From Opitutaceae bacterium (GTDB lineage Bacteria > Verrucomicrobiota > Verrucomicrobiia > Opitutales > Opitutaceae), in contig DATNHT010000088.1 of the NCBI GenBank assembly GCA_035604815.1, positions 14,388 to 78,387 on the forward strand: a stretch of 64,000 nt of DNA, given 5' to 3'. The translations under genes were made by a program, and so were the position numbers. Below the pieces are notes generated by a model, which searched no databases, was not told the origin of the DNA, and saw nothing but the letters and a program-made list of their open reading frames with translations. Positions 9,140 to 18,213 of this stretch are shown piece by piece (the stretch's first letter is position 1; every line of letters starts with the position of its first letter).

Positions 9140-11155
9140 ATGGGGCCCGAGGGGCTGGCAACTCTTGAGGGGATGCCGCTGGTATTTCTAAGTTTGGCCA
9201 TCGCCGCGCTTTGGATTAACCTTTTGGGCGCGGGACTGGCCGCCCGGCGATACGTTGACGACTACCCGGTTGCCCGTGTGACCGGAGTGCTTGCGGCCTG
9301 CCTCACCTGTTTCTTCCTCGAACACTTCGCGGGCTGGGGCCCGCGCCCGCCGCTCCTGCCGTTCGTCACGGCGGCCTCGATTTGGCTGATCTGGCGCAAC
9401 CGGCCGTTGCTGCTCGAGAATCTGAAGGCGGAAATCCTGTTCGGGCTGGGATTCTTCTACTGCATGGCGTGGCGGTTCACGTTCCCGAACATCGACGACA
9501 CCGGGGAGAAGATGCCAAACCTCATGATGATCGAGGCCTACATGAGGGGCACGCGGCTGCCTCCGCCCGACCTCTGGCTGCCGCCCTTCCGCGGTAACTG
9601 CTATTACAGCCTCCAGCACTATGGCGCGGCATTGATGGGACGCGTGCTTGGGATCGGCCCGGGCGTCAGCTACCACCTGGCCTATTGCACCCTTGCCGGA
9701 CTGATCACCCTCTTGGTCGGCGCCTGCGTCGCCCGCCTCTGCGCGTGGCCCCTTGGCCGGTGGATCGGGATCCTTACGCTTCTTGTCGGCGGCAGCGGGA
9801 CGGCTGTCGCTGCGCACGTGCTTCTGACGCGCGCGTATTCTATCGACGCCGTGCGCTTCCTCGGGGGCTCGATCGTCCACCAGTTCGCCAACCCGCTCGG
9901 CCAGCGCGTGGCCTCGTGGATGGCGACGCCGGACGTCGTGCCCCGCGATCTTCCCATGGAGCCGCTCAGCTACATCCTGACCAATGGCGACTACCATCCG
10001 CCTCTCGCCGGATTCCTGCTGCTGGCGCTCGCCACCACGTTGATGGCCGCGCAGGCGGCTGGGGCTGCTGGCTCCCGGCGGAGCGTGAATCATGCGCTGC
10101 TGGCCGCGACGGTTCCCATCGCCTTCATCTCGAACGCGTGGATCTTCCCGCTGCAGTTCCTGCTGGTCGGGGGATGGTTCACCTACCGCGTCCTCTGCGG
10201 CGAACGGCGCTGCTGGCTGGCCGGTCTGGCCGGCGCGGCCACCGCCGCGGTGCTGGAATATCCCTACCTCGTGGAGTTCACGCAGCAGGCGATCGGGAAC
10301 AACGTGGCGTTCCGCTGGACCGCGGCGGAGGACCACACGCCATGGCTCGGCTGGCTCATGGTCTTCTGGCCCGCGGCGGGAGTCATAGGCCTCGGCCTGC
10401 TCAACCCGGAGCGCCGTTCGCTGAACATCTTCTTCGCCGTGGTCTGGATCCTCGAGCTCGCCGGGACGGAGTTCTTCTACAACCACGATGTCTACGGGGG
10501 AGTCTGGAGCCGGTTCAACTCGACGCTAAAGTGGTGGCCGTGGGTGTACGCGGGCGTCATCCTCACTCTTGGCGCCAGCAACCTCGGCTCCAGATCCCGG
10601 CTTTGCCGCTACGGAACACTGATCCTGCTTCTTCCGTCGCTGATTTTCAGCGTCGATCTCGCCGTGGATTTCGCGAGAATGCCCAAGGATGCGGCCGGGA
10701 GGCTTGCGGGATCGGCGTGGGTCGACCGGGACCCCGTCATCAGGGACATGATCATCGAGCTGGGAACCCGTCCCGACGGGATCACGCTGGAAAGCGGGCT
10801 CGTCCTGGCGAACACGGAATCGCCGGCCGTCTCGCTCTTCGCCGGCAAGCAAGACCTGCTCGGGTGGCCGTGGCACGAGACGACCTGGCGCGGCGCGTTC
10901 ACCGAGATCGCCGAGAGGCAGAGGCTGATCACCGCGTTTTACGAGGGAAAGCTTCCCGACCCGCTGCCGTGGCTCCTCCACAACAACGTCAAGTACATCC
11001 TCTGGCTGCCGAGGGACAACGTGGAGGGCAACGCGCGGTTCCAGCCGATCTTTGACGCGATCAGGCCGCGGTTCTACTGGCACCGCATGTACGGCGAGGA
11101 AAAGAATCTGGCAGTCGGGTACTGGGAGCGCATCGACAATCCAACGGTCAATTAG
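9140..11155 (+). CDS. DUF2298 (Chlor_Arch_YYY-like) large polytopic membrane protein, GT-C-like
   Basis: GEKMPNLMMIEAYMRGTRLPPPDLWLPPFRGNCYYSLQHYG resembles the DUF2298 'YYY' region. Many TM helices and a soluble C-terminal domain. The start could instead be the ATG at 9173. Confidence 0.65.
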   Translation: MGPEGLATLEGMPLVFLSLAIAALWINLLGAGLAARRYVDDYPVARVTGVLAACLTCFFLEHFAGWGPRPPLLPFVTAASIWLIWRNRPLLLENLKAEILFGLGFFYCMAWRFTFPNIDDTGEKMPNLMMIEAYMRGTRLPPPDLWLPPFRGNCYYSLQHYGAALMGRVLGIGPGVSYHLAYCTLAGLITLLVGACVARLCAWPLGRWIGILTLLVGGSGTAVAAHVLLTRAYSIDAVRFLGGSIVHQFANPLGQRVASWMATPDVVPRDLPMEPLSYILTNGDYHPPLAGFLLLALATTLMAAQAAGAAGSRRSVNHALLAATVPIAFISNAWIFPLQFLLVGGWFTYRVLCGERRCWLAGLAGAATAAVLEYPYLVEFTQQAIGNNVAFRWTAAEDHTPWLGWLMVFWPAAGVIGLGLLNPERRSLNIFFAVVWILELAGTEFFYNHDVYGGVWSRFNSTLKWWPWVYAGVILTLGASNLGSRSRLCRYGTLILLLPSLIFSVDLAVDFARMPKDAAGRLAGSAWVDRDPVIRDMIIELGTRPDGITLESGLVLANTESPAVSLFAGKQDLLGWPWHETTWRGAFTEIAERQRLITAFYEGKLPDPLPWLLHNNVKYILWLPRDNVEGNARFQPIFDAIRPRFYWHRMYGEEKNLAVGYWERIDNPTVN

Positions 11156-11314
11156 GCCGCCCGGGCAATCCGGTGGCGCGGCCCGGCCGCGCACCCGGCT
11201 CTGGCTGAAGGAGGAGCCGGTCGCGCCCGACTGCAAGCGGCCCCGGGGCGCGGTGCGCGCCAATATTGTGCTTCGGTTAATTTGGTGTCAGACTTGTGGC
11301 GAAGTCGTCGTCCC

Positions 11315-12283
11315 ATGGCCGTTCAATTCAAAGACTACTACAAGACGCTCGGTGTCGAGCGAACGGCCACGCCCGAGGACATCAAGCAGGCGTTCCGGAA
11401 GCTCGCGCGCGTCCATCACCCGGACGTGGCGAAGAACAAGGCGGCCGGCGAGGCGAAGTTCAAGGAGATCAACGAGGCTTATGAGGTGCTTGGCGATCCC
11501 GACAAGCGCCGGCGTTACGACGAGCTCGGCGCCGACTGGCAGGACGAGGTCGGCGACCAGGGCGGCCGGGGCGCGTTCCGCCGCGGCCGCGCCAGCTGGT
11601 CCCAGGGGGAGCCCGGATTCGAATTCGGGGGCACCGGCTTCAGCGACTTCTTCGAGTCCTTCTTCGGCGGCAGCCGCGACGGATTCGGGTCGTTCGGCGA
11701 GCCGGCCGAGCGCGATGGCGGTTTTGTGCACCCGGGCCGCGACGTCGAAGCCGACATCCTGGTCACCCTTGAGGAGGCGCTGCGCGGCTCGCAGCGCAAG
11801 GTCACGCTGCGGCGGACCGGGGGCGACGGCGCCGCACGGACCGACACGTACAGGGTGCGCATCCCGCCCGGGGTTCGCGAGGGCCAGCGCATCCGTCTCG
11901 CCGGCCAGGGCGCGGCCGGGTCGGGCGGCGGCCAGACCGGCGATCTCTACCTCAGGGTGCGCCTTGCCCGGCATCCCGACTTCAGCGTGCAGGCCTCCGA
12001 TCTCTATTTCGAACTCAACCTCGCACCGTGGGAAGCCGTACTCGGCGCCCAGGCGAGGGTTCCCGCCCTCGACGGGGCGACGGCGCTTCGCGTGCCGCCG
12101 GGGACACCTGCCGGAAGCAAGCTTCGCCTGCGCGGGCTCGGCCTGCCCCGGGAGGACGGCAGCCGCGGCGATCTATATGCCGTCGTGCGGATCGAGGTGC
12201 CTCCCGTCGCGTCCGCGGAGGAGCGCGCGCTGTGGGAGAAGCTGGCCCGCGCCTCGAACTTCAAACCCAGGAAGACGCCATGA
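11315..12283 (+). CDS. cbpA: Curved-DNA-binding DnaJ-like co-chaperone CbpA
   Basis: J-domain DYYKTLGVERTATPEDIKQAFRKLARVHHPDV and DnaJ C-terminal domains, with no Zn-finger Cys repeats. That architecture points to CbpA. Confidence 0.85.
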   Translation: MAVQFKDYYKTLGVERTATPEDIKQAFRKLARVHHPDVAKNKAAGEAKFKEINEAYEVLGDPDKRRRYDELGADWQDEVGDQGGRGAFRRGRASWSQGEPGFEFGGTGFSDFFESFFGGSRDGFGSFGEPAERDGGFVHPGRDVEADILVTLEEALRGSQRKVTLRRTGGDGAARTDTYRVRIPPGVREGQRIRLAGQGAAGSGGGQTGDLYLRVRLARHPDFSVQASDLYFELNLAPWEAVLGAQARVPALDGATALRVPPGTPAGSKLRLRGLGLPREDGSRGDLYAVVRIEVPPVASAEERALWEKLARASNFKPRKTP

Positions 12284-12503
12284 GCACCCTCGTCTTTTCG
12301 GCGAAACGCAGGCCCGCGCTGGCTCCCGCGCGCGGGGCGCGGCGCGAGGTCGGGCGGCTGCAGGACGAGGTGCGCTTCCTTCGGGGCCCGTGAGCGCCGG
12401 CGAAAACCCCCGCCAGGGGACGAGCCGGGACACCGGCCTCGGCGTTCCCGCGGCTCCTGCCGATTTGACGATGCGCGGGAATTAGGGACGCTGTGTGCGA
12501 CCA

Positions 12504-13523
12504 ATGAACACGAATACACTGGATTCGACGATTGGGGCTATTCTGGCTCCGGGCAAAGGCATCCTGGCTGCGGACGAGAGCCTTCCGACGATTGGCAAGC
12601 GATTCAAGGAGCTGGGCATACTCTCCAGCGAGGAGACTCGCCGGGCCTACCGCGAACTGCTGTTCACTGCGCCCGGATTGGGCAAGACCATCAGCGGCGT
12701 GATTCTCTTCGACGAGACGATCCGCCAGAAGACCGGCGCGGGGACGCCCATGGCCGAGATCCTAGCGGCGCAGGGGATTGTCCCGGGCATCAAGGTCGAC
12801 GAGGGAACGGCGGCGCTGCCCGCGTTCGCCAACGAGAAGTTCACCCTTGGCCTTGACAGGCTCCGCGGGCGGCTTGCCGAGTATGTGACGCTCGGGGCGC
12901 GCTTCACCAAGTGGCGCGCGGTCATCACAATCGGAGAAGGCATCCCGACGGGCGCGTGCATCGAGGCGAACGCCGCCGCGCTGTCGCTTTTCGCGGCGCT
13001 CAGCCAGGAGGCCGGATTGGTGCCGATCGTCGAGCCGGAGATCCTGATGGACGGCGGCCACACCATCGCCGCCTGCGAGGAAGTCGCGGGCGCCGTGCTT
13101 GGGAGCGTGTTCCGCGCGCTTCTCGAGCACCGTGTCGTGCTCGAAGGGATGCTGTTGAAGACGGGCATGGTGCTTTCGGGCAAGGACTGTCCGCACCAGG
13201 CCGCAATTCCGCAGGTGGCCGAGGCGACGCTCCGATGTTTTGCGCGCCACGTGCCCGCGGCCGTTCCCGGAATCGTGTTCCTTTCGGGCGGGCAGAGCGA
13301 CGTCGCCGCGACGCAGCGAATGAACGCGATCTGCAGGGCCGCCGACGGGCCCTGGAAGCTGACGTTTTCCTTTGGGCGGGCTCTCCAGGACGCGGCGATG
13401 AAGACATGGAAGGGCTCCCCGGGTGGCATCGCCGCCGCCCAGGCGGCGCTCCTCCACCGCTCGGCGTGCAACGGGCTCGCGGTCCAGGGGAAATATTCCG
13501 AACAGGTGGAGAGAGCCGGCTAG
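12504..13523 (+). CDS. Fructose-bisphosphate aldolase, class I
   Basis: KGILAADESLPTIGKRF, GIKVDEG and MLLKTGMV are class I FBA signatures. The ATG at 12504 is preferred over the GTG at 12495. Confidence 0.9.
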   Translation: MNTNTLDSTIGAILAPGKGILAADESLPTIGKRFKELGILSSEETRRAYRELLFTAPGLGKTISGVILFDETIRQKTGAGTPMAEILAAQGIVPGIKVDEGTAALPAFANEKFTLGLDRLRGRLAEYVTLGARFTKWRAVITIGEGIPTGACIEANAAALSLFAALSQEAGLVPIVEPEILMDGGHTIAACEEVAGAVLGSVFRALLEHRVVLEGMLLKTGMVLSGKDCPHQAAIPQVAEATLRCFARHVPAAVPGIVFLSGGQSDVAATQRMNAICRAADGPWKLTFSFGRALQDAAMKTWKGSPGGIAAAQAALLHRSACNGLAVQGKYSEQVERAG

Positions 13524-13700
13524 GGGCGCCAATTCGGGGATTCCACGCCGCGCGGGTGAGCGCCCCGGATCGCCATCGTCGCCGCCTCGCCTGGGTGGCG
13601 GAGCTAAGGGGCACGGGCGTAACGCCGCGGCGGCGAAAGCGTGCCCGAGTCCCGTAATTCGAAGTGGAGTGTTCCCGCGGCCGCCCTCTAGGCTGCGCCC

Positions 13701-14309
13701 ATGCTCCCGCAGGTCTACCTCGTCCGCCATGGCGCGACAACTTGGTCGAAGGACGGCAGGCACACGGGGCGGACCGAAATCCCGCTGACCGAACAGGGCG
13801 AGAAAAACGCGCGCGGGCTCGCAGCGCGACTGGGCCCAGTCGGTTTCAGCCACGTGTTCACGAGTCCGCGGCTGCGGGCGCGGCGGACGTGCGAACTGGC
13901 CGGATTGGGCGAAGCCGCCGAGATTGAACCGGACCTCGCGGAGTGGGACTACGGCGACTACGAAGGGAAGCGATCGGCGGACGTTCTCAAGGCGAGGCCC
14001 GATTGGATCCTGTTTCGGGACGGGTGTCCCGGCGGCGAGTCGCCAGCGCAGGTCTCCGGGCGCGCCGATCGGTTGATTGCCCGGTTGCGGGCCCTTGAGG
14101 GAAACGTCGCGCTTTTCTCCCACGGCCACTTTGGGCGCGTCCTCGGGGCCCGCTGGATCGGACTGCCGTTGACGGATGCGGCGCTGTTGCTGTTGGACAC
14201 GGCCTCGTTGAGCGTTCTTGGCTTCGAGCACGGAAACCCCGCGTCGCCGGTCATTGCGCTCTGGAACAGCGGAGCGTCGGATCATTCGCCTGCAGCGGCG
14301 GGTGTCTGA
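13701..14309 (+). CDS. Histidine phosphatase family protein (phosphoglycerate-mutase-like)
   Basis: VYLVRHGATTWSKDGRHTGRTEIPLTEQG (RHG motif) and a later SHGH motif. Confidence 0.85.
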   Translation: MLPQVYLVRHGATTWSKDGRHTGRTEIPLTEQGEKNARGLAARLGPVGFSHVFTSPRLRARRTCELAGLGEAAEIEPDLAEWDYGDYEGKRSADVLKARPDWILFRDGCPGGESPAQVSGRADRLIARLRALEGNVALFSHGHFGRVLGARWIGLPLTDAALLLLDTASLSVLGFEHGNPASPVIALWNSGASDHSPAAAGV

Positions 14310-14361
14310 GCCGGGGGGAGGGCGCCGAGCGCGCATCATCCCGGCCTGAAATAGCGCGCCG

Positions 14362-14886
14362 TCAGCCCGGACCGGAGGCGGTCCGGCCGCCGTCCTTGAT
14401 CGGCGTGGCGAACTTGTATTCGATGTCCCATGGGAAGTAGATCCACTTGTTCTGCTTAAATTCCTTCACGCAGGTGTCCACGATCGGCCGGCCCGCGGGC
14501 TTGGCGTAGAGCGTGGCAAAATGGGCCTTCGGCAGCAGCTGGCGCACCACTTGCGCCGTCCTTCCGGAATCGACCAGGTCGTCGATCAGCAGGTAACCTT
14601 CGCCGTCGCCCGCCACGCTTTTCAGGATCCGGACGTCCGCCTGAACCTGCTCCGCCTGCCCGGCTCCCGCGGATGCATAGCTTGTGACGCAGATCGTGTC
14701 GACCAGCCGGATGTCAAGCTCGCGCGCGACCAGCGCCGCGGGCACGAGGCCGCCGCGCGTGATGGCGATGATGCCCTTCCATGAGCCCTTTGCGAGGAGC
14801 AGCTCCGATAGGTAGCGCGCGTCGCGGTGAAGCTCGACCCACGAGACAATGATTTCGTCTTCGTATCGGGAACGAGCCATGCGCAA
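14362..14886 (-). CDS. gpt: Xanthine-guanine phosphoribosyltransferase
   Basis: VSWVELHRDARYLSE...IIAITRGGLVPAALVAREL...LLIDDLVDSGRT (PRPP loop)...WIYFPWD is typical of Gpt. Confidence 0.85.
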   Translation of the reverse strand: MRMARSRYEDEIIVSWVELHRDARYLSELLLAKGSWKGIIAITRGGLVPAALVARELDIRLVDTICVTSYASAGAGQAEQVQADVRILKSVAGDGEGYLLIDDLVDSGRTAQVVRQLLPKAHFATLYAKPAGRPIVDTCVKEFKQNKWIYFPWDIEYKFATPIKDGGRTASGPG

Positions 14887-14899
14887 CGCTGATTCATTG

Positions 14900-14929
14900 C
14901 CGACCGACGATCAATATAGATCGGGTCGG
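14900..14929. repeat. Imperfect inverted repeat CCGACCGACGATC-AATATA-GATCGGGTCGG between the hydrolase gene and gpt
   Basis: Read directly from the sequence: one bulge and an AT-rich loop. It could be a terminator or attenuator hairpin for the upstream minus-strand gene, or an operator for gpt. Confidence 0.3.
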
Positions 14930-14987
14930 TTCGGCCTGAGATCCCGCCGCCGGACTGGCGGGGGTGTATGGCGCGGCCGTGCTCGCG

Positions 14988-15665
14988 TCAGCTCTGCCGC
15001 AGGTTTTGTTTGAACCACTCGGTGGCGAGGGACGCGACCTCCTCCAGCGCGCCCGGCTCGTCGAAAAGATGCGTGGCTCGAGGGACGAGCACAAGGCGCC
15101 TTGGGCAGCGCAGGAGCGCGCAGGCATCGCGGTTTAGCTGGAGCACATCCTGGTCGAGCTCGCCCACGAGGAGCAGGGTCGGCGAGTCAACGCGCGGCAG
15201 GGCATCCCCTGCGAGGTCAGGCCGGCCCCCGCGTGAAACGACCGCCTTTATCATCGGTCCCAGCTCGGCCGCCGCCACAAGCGCGGCTGCCCCGCCCGTG
15301 CTCGCGCCAAAGAACCCCATACCCAGTTGCCGCGTCTCGGGCCGGTCGCCGATCCAGCGCGCCGCTTTGACTAGTCGCGCGGCCAGCAACCCGATGTTGA
15401 ATCGCAGGTGGCCGTCGATCGCGTCTTCTCGGTCCTCGGCCGGAGAGAGCAGGTCGAAAAGAAGCGTGGCGATGCCGGCAGCCTGGATCGTCCGCGCGAC
15501 GAATCGGTTGCGCGGGCTGTGACGGCTGCTGCCGCTGCCATGCGCAAAGAGCACCACGCCGCCAGCCTCAGCGGGAATGCAGAGGTCTCCGGCAAGACTC
15601 ACGCCGTTGGTCGGAATGTGAACGGGCAGCACCGAGGCTTCCCGGCCGTTGTCGTGGGGGCTCAT
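14988..15665 (-). CDS. Alpha/beta hydrolase, dienelactone-hydrolase-like
   Basis: VVLFAHGSGSSRHSPRN...GFFGASTGGAAAL (nucleophile elbow G-x-S-x-G)...LLLVGELD. Confidence 0.7.
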   Translation of the reverse strand: MSPHDNGREASVLPVHIPTNGVSLAGDLCIPAEAGGVVLFAHGSGSSRHSPRNRFVARTIQAAGIATLLFDLLSPAEDREDAIDGHLRFNIGLLAARLVKAARWIGDRPETRQLGMGFFGASTGGAAALVAAAELGPMIKAVVSRGGRPDLAGDALPRVDSPTLLLVGELDQDVLQLNRDACALLRCPRRLVLVPRATHLFDEPGALEEVASLATEWFKQNLRQS

Positions 15666-15735
15666 GCCCGCGTCGCTGATGGATTATCCATGAGCTGCCC
15701 GAGGTTGGGCGTTATAAGCATCTCCCAAATCATTG

Positions 15736-16605
15736 CTAATTGGCCAGTTGCCTTCCGATCTCCCTCAGTTCGGCCCGCCGCGCACGGGTCATCTCCGGAT
15801 AGCTCATTTTGAGGCCTTGCAGCGCCTCGATGACCACCCGCGAAATGATGAGCCGCGCGTTGCACTTGTCGTCGGCGGGCACCACATACCACGGCGCGGT
15901 CTTCGTGCTGGTTGCGCTCAGGCATTCCTCATATGCCCGCGTGTATTGGCTCCAGAATTTCCGCTCGGCGACATCGGACCGGCTGAATTTCCAATTCTTA
16001 TCCGGTTCATTGATGCGCTCCAGAAAGCGCCTTCGCTGCTCCTCCCTCGACAGGTGGAGGAAAATCTTGATGACCCGGGTGCCGTTTCGGTGGAGGTGCT
16101 TCTCCAGGTCGACGATGGAACGGTAACGTCCCCTCCAAAGCGTCTTCCTACCGACCAGCTCGTCCGGAATCCGCTCACCGCGCAGGACCTCGGGATGCAC
16201 GCGGGCGATCAGCACCTCCTCGTAATAGGAGCGGTTGAAGACACCAATCCGGCCGCGCGTCGGCAGGCGAAACGTTGTGCGCCAGAGAAAATCATGCTCC
16301 AGCTCCTCCGCGCTCGGCTGTTTGAAACTGTGGACCTCGCAGCCCTGCGGGTTGACGCCGGAAAGGACATGGCTAATCGCGCCGTCCTTTCCGGCGGCGT
16401 CCATGCCCTGAAAGATAAGGAGCACCGAGTAGACCCTGGACGCATCGAGGAGGCGCTGCAGGGTGCTCAGTTCACCGACGTCGGCGGCAAGGAGCTCCTT
16501 ATACTGCTTCTCCGACCTGTAGACGGGCCTTATGTCGGTCGGCCATTTCCTGAGCTTGATCGCCTTTCCTCCCTTGAAGCGGAAGTCCTTGGGGTCGATT
16601 TTCAT
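15736..16605 (-). CDS. ppk2: Polyphosphate kinase 2 family (polyphosphate:nucleotide phosphotransferase)
   Basis: LLIFQGMDAAGKDG (Walker A), FNRSYYEEV and a lid region. The ATG at 16605 (MKIDPKDFRF) was chosen; the upstream part of the ORF-track ORF overlaps the neighbouring gene and is Arg/Ser-rich. Confidence 0.85.
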   Translation of the reverse strand: MKIDPKDFRFKGGKAIKLRKWPTDIRPVYRSEKQYKELLAADVGELSTLQRLLDASRVYSVLLIFQGMDAAGKDGAISHVLSGVNPQGCEVHSFKQPSAEELEHDFLWRTTFRLPTRGRIGVFNRSYYEEVLIARVHPEVLRGERIPDELVGRKTLWRGRYRSIVDLEKHLHRNGTRVIKIFLHLSREEQRRRFLERINEPDKNWKFSRSDVAERKFWSQYTRAYEECLSATSTKTAPWYVVPADDKCNARLIISRVVIEALQGLKMSYPEMTRARRAELREIGRQLAN

Positions 16606-16636
16606 GATGAATGGGCTTTCCGGACGGCGGCTCCGC

Positions 16637-17638
16637 TCAGTTTGGCGCGACGGGCCGGCAGAGGGCGGCCAGGTTCGCCGCCGGCGTCGACGAGGGGATC
16701 TCGCAACCCGCGTTGACCATGAAGGGCTCGCCGGCTTCAGCATGACAGCGGCGAACGGCGGCCGCGATCGAGTCGAGCGATCCGCGCATGACGCATCCGA
16801 CGGGGTCGACGTTGCCAGCAAGCGCGACCTTCGGGCCGAGCACGCTGCGGGCCTCGGCGAGGCTGACCATGTGGTCGATGTCCATGATGTCCAGGCCGAG
16901 CGTCGAGATGCCATGCAGAAGGTGCTTGATGTTTCCGCAGATGTGAAGCCGGACGTGGACGTTCATCCCGTGCAGGGCCGCCACGAGCCGCCGCTCGTGC
17001 GGCAGGATGAGGGATTCGTAGACCTTTGCCGAAACCTGGCTGGCAACCGCGTCGCCGATGCCGATCGTGTCGGCGCCGGCGGCGACCTGCGGCCGGGCGA
17101 AGTCTATCGCAGTTTCAACGCAGCGGGCCATCAGCGCGTTTGCGTAGGCCGGGTCATCGAGCAGGTCCATGAAGAAATTCGACACCCCGCGCAGATCGGC
17201 CGCCTCGGCCGCCGGCCCCTCCACCCAGCCCATGATCGAGAAGCGGTCGCCCGCGCGCGCCCTGTAGGCGCGCACGGCCTCGATGCGGTCGCGCATGCGC
17301 GGCGCCTGCAGGGGGTCGGGCCGCGGCAGCTTCGCGACATCCGGATCCCCCTCAAGCGGCGGCCTGAGGCAGATGGGCACCCCGTCGCGGGGAAACTCGA
17401 TCGGCGCGCCGAAGCCCGCCGTCTCCCGGTAGGGATCGGACATCGTGTTGAGCTGGTCGATGCCGAATTCCTCGGCGCAGCGCAGATTGGCCTCGACCAG
17501 CACCCGGTAATCCGACGCGAAGAGGCCGTAGTGGGAGCCGATATGCTCGGCGGCAAACTGCATCAGGATCGGCAGCCGGGGCAGCACGTCGGGCCGCCCG
17601 CCGCTAAGGACCGCCAGATAACGCTCGCGCGGGGTCAT
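16637..17638 (-). CDS. URO-D-family methylcobamide methyltransferase (MtaA/CmuA-like, MT2 candidate)
   Basis: 333 aa URO-D fold. Zn-ligand pattern LHICGN ... AGCEIP as in MtaA/MtbA-type enzymes. Sits in an operon with MtaB/MtaC homologs. Confidence 0.8.
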   Translation of the reverse strand: MTPRERYLAVLSGGRPDVLPRLPILMQFAAEHIGSHYGLFASDYRVLVEANLRCAEEFGIDQLNTMSDPYRETAGFGAPIEFPRDGVPICLRPPLEGDPDVAKLPRPDPLQAPRMRDRIEAVRAYRARAGDRFSIMGWVEGPAAEAADLRGVSNFFMDLLDDPAYANALMARCVETAIDFARPQVAAGADTIGIGDAVASQVSAKVYESLILPHERRLVAALHGMNVHVRLHICGNIKHLLHGISTLGLDIMDIDHMVSLAEARSVLGPKVALAGNVDPVGCVMRGSLDSIAAAVRRCHAEAGEPFMVNAGCEIPSSTPAANLAALCRPVAPN

Positions 17639-18201
17639 GGAAAAAGGGGTGGGCCGGCTGCGGCGCGCAGGTCCGGGCGAGGCTCGCTTCCGGCTGGATT
17701 CGGCACGACTCGGTCCGCGCGCTCAAGCAGCTCGGCCTGGAACGGCGACAGGGCGTGCTCCCGCCGCGCCATGTCCCATGATCGGTCCAGGCAGACGGTG
17801 AGTTCCCGCTGCCAGCCGAGTTCCCGGTCAAACTCCGCCAGCAGGCCCGCGGCCGCCACGGCCGGCACCTCGACAAAGATCCGGTTCGGGCGCTCGGACG
17901 CCACGAGGGCGCGCACCGCCCCGGGAAGGTCGGCAAGGGCCGCACAGCAGGTGCACGGCAGGAGGATCCGCCGCACGCTAACGCCCGGAGTTCTCTGGGC
18001 AAATCCCTCCATGCGCGTGCGCCCCTCCTCGGCGAGAACGGCTGGGCAGCGGGCGCCGGGCTCTCTCTCCGCCGCCTCGTGAATCTGCAGCTGCAGCCAG
18101 CGGGTCTTGCCGGACCCGCGGGGCCCGGTCACGAAGATGCAGTGCGGCCGCGTTTCCGGGGCAGGGGTCTCGCGCCACTGGAGTGAAGGTCCGGCGTGCA
18201 T
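17635..18201 (-). CDS. Small P-loop NTPase with CxCC motif (minimal CobW/COG0523-like G3E protein)
   Basis: Walker A FVTGPRGSGKT, then LPCTCCAAL (CxCC) and IFVEVPAVAAAG. Only 188 aa, so the C-terminal CobW domain is absent. Confidence 0.6.
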   Translation of the reverse strand: MHAGPSLQWRETPAPETRPHCIFVTGPRGSGKTRWLQLQIHEAAEREPGARCPAVLAEEGRTRMEGFAQRTPGVSVRRILLPCTCCAALADLPGAVRALVASERPNRIFVEVPAVAAAGLLAEFDRELGWQRELTVCLDRSWDMARREHALSPFQAELLERADRVVPNPAGSEPRPDLRAAAGPPLFP

Positions 18202-18213
18202 CGCCTCACCCCT

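Noticed and set aside
12028-12393. 121-aa ORF overlapping the 3' third of cbpA in another frame.
   Set aside because: It is Arg/Gly/Ala-rich and lies wholly inside the well-supported cbpA coding region except for the last 37 codons. Only that tail is kept, as a low-interest observation.
15736-16914. Long N-terminal extensions offered by the ORF track. Examples: 15736..16914, 22142..24820, 49760..51694, 7494..9161, 32724..34136, 37499..38353, 44578..46230, 48919..49737.
   Set aside because: The extensions overlap neighbouring genes and are low-complexity Arg/Pro/Ser runs. Family homology begins at an internal ATG or GTG, so internal starts were used instead.
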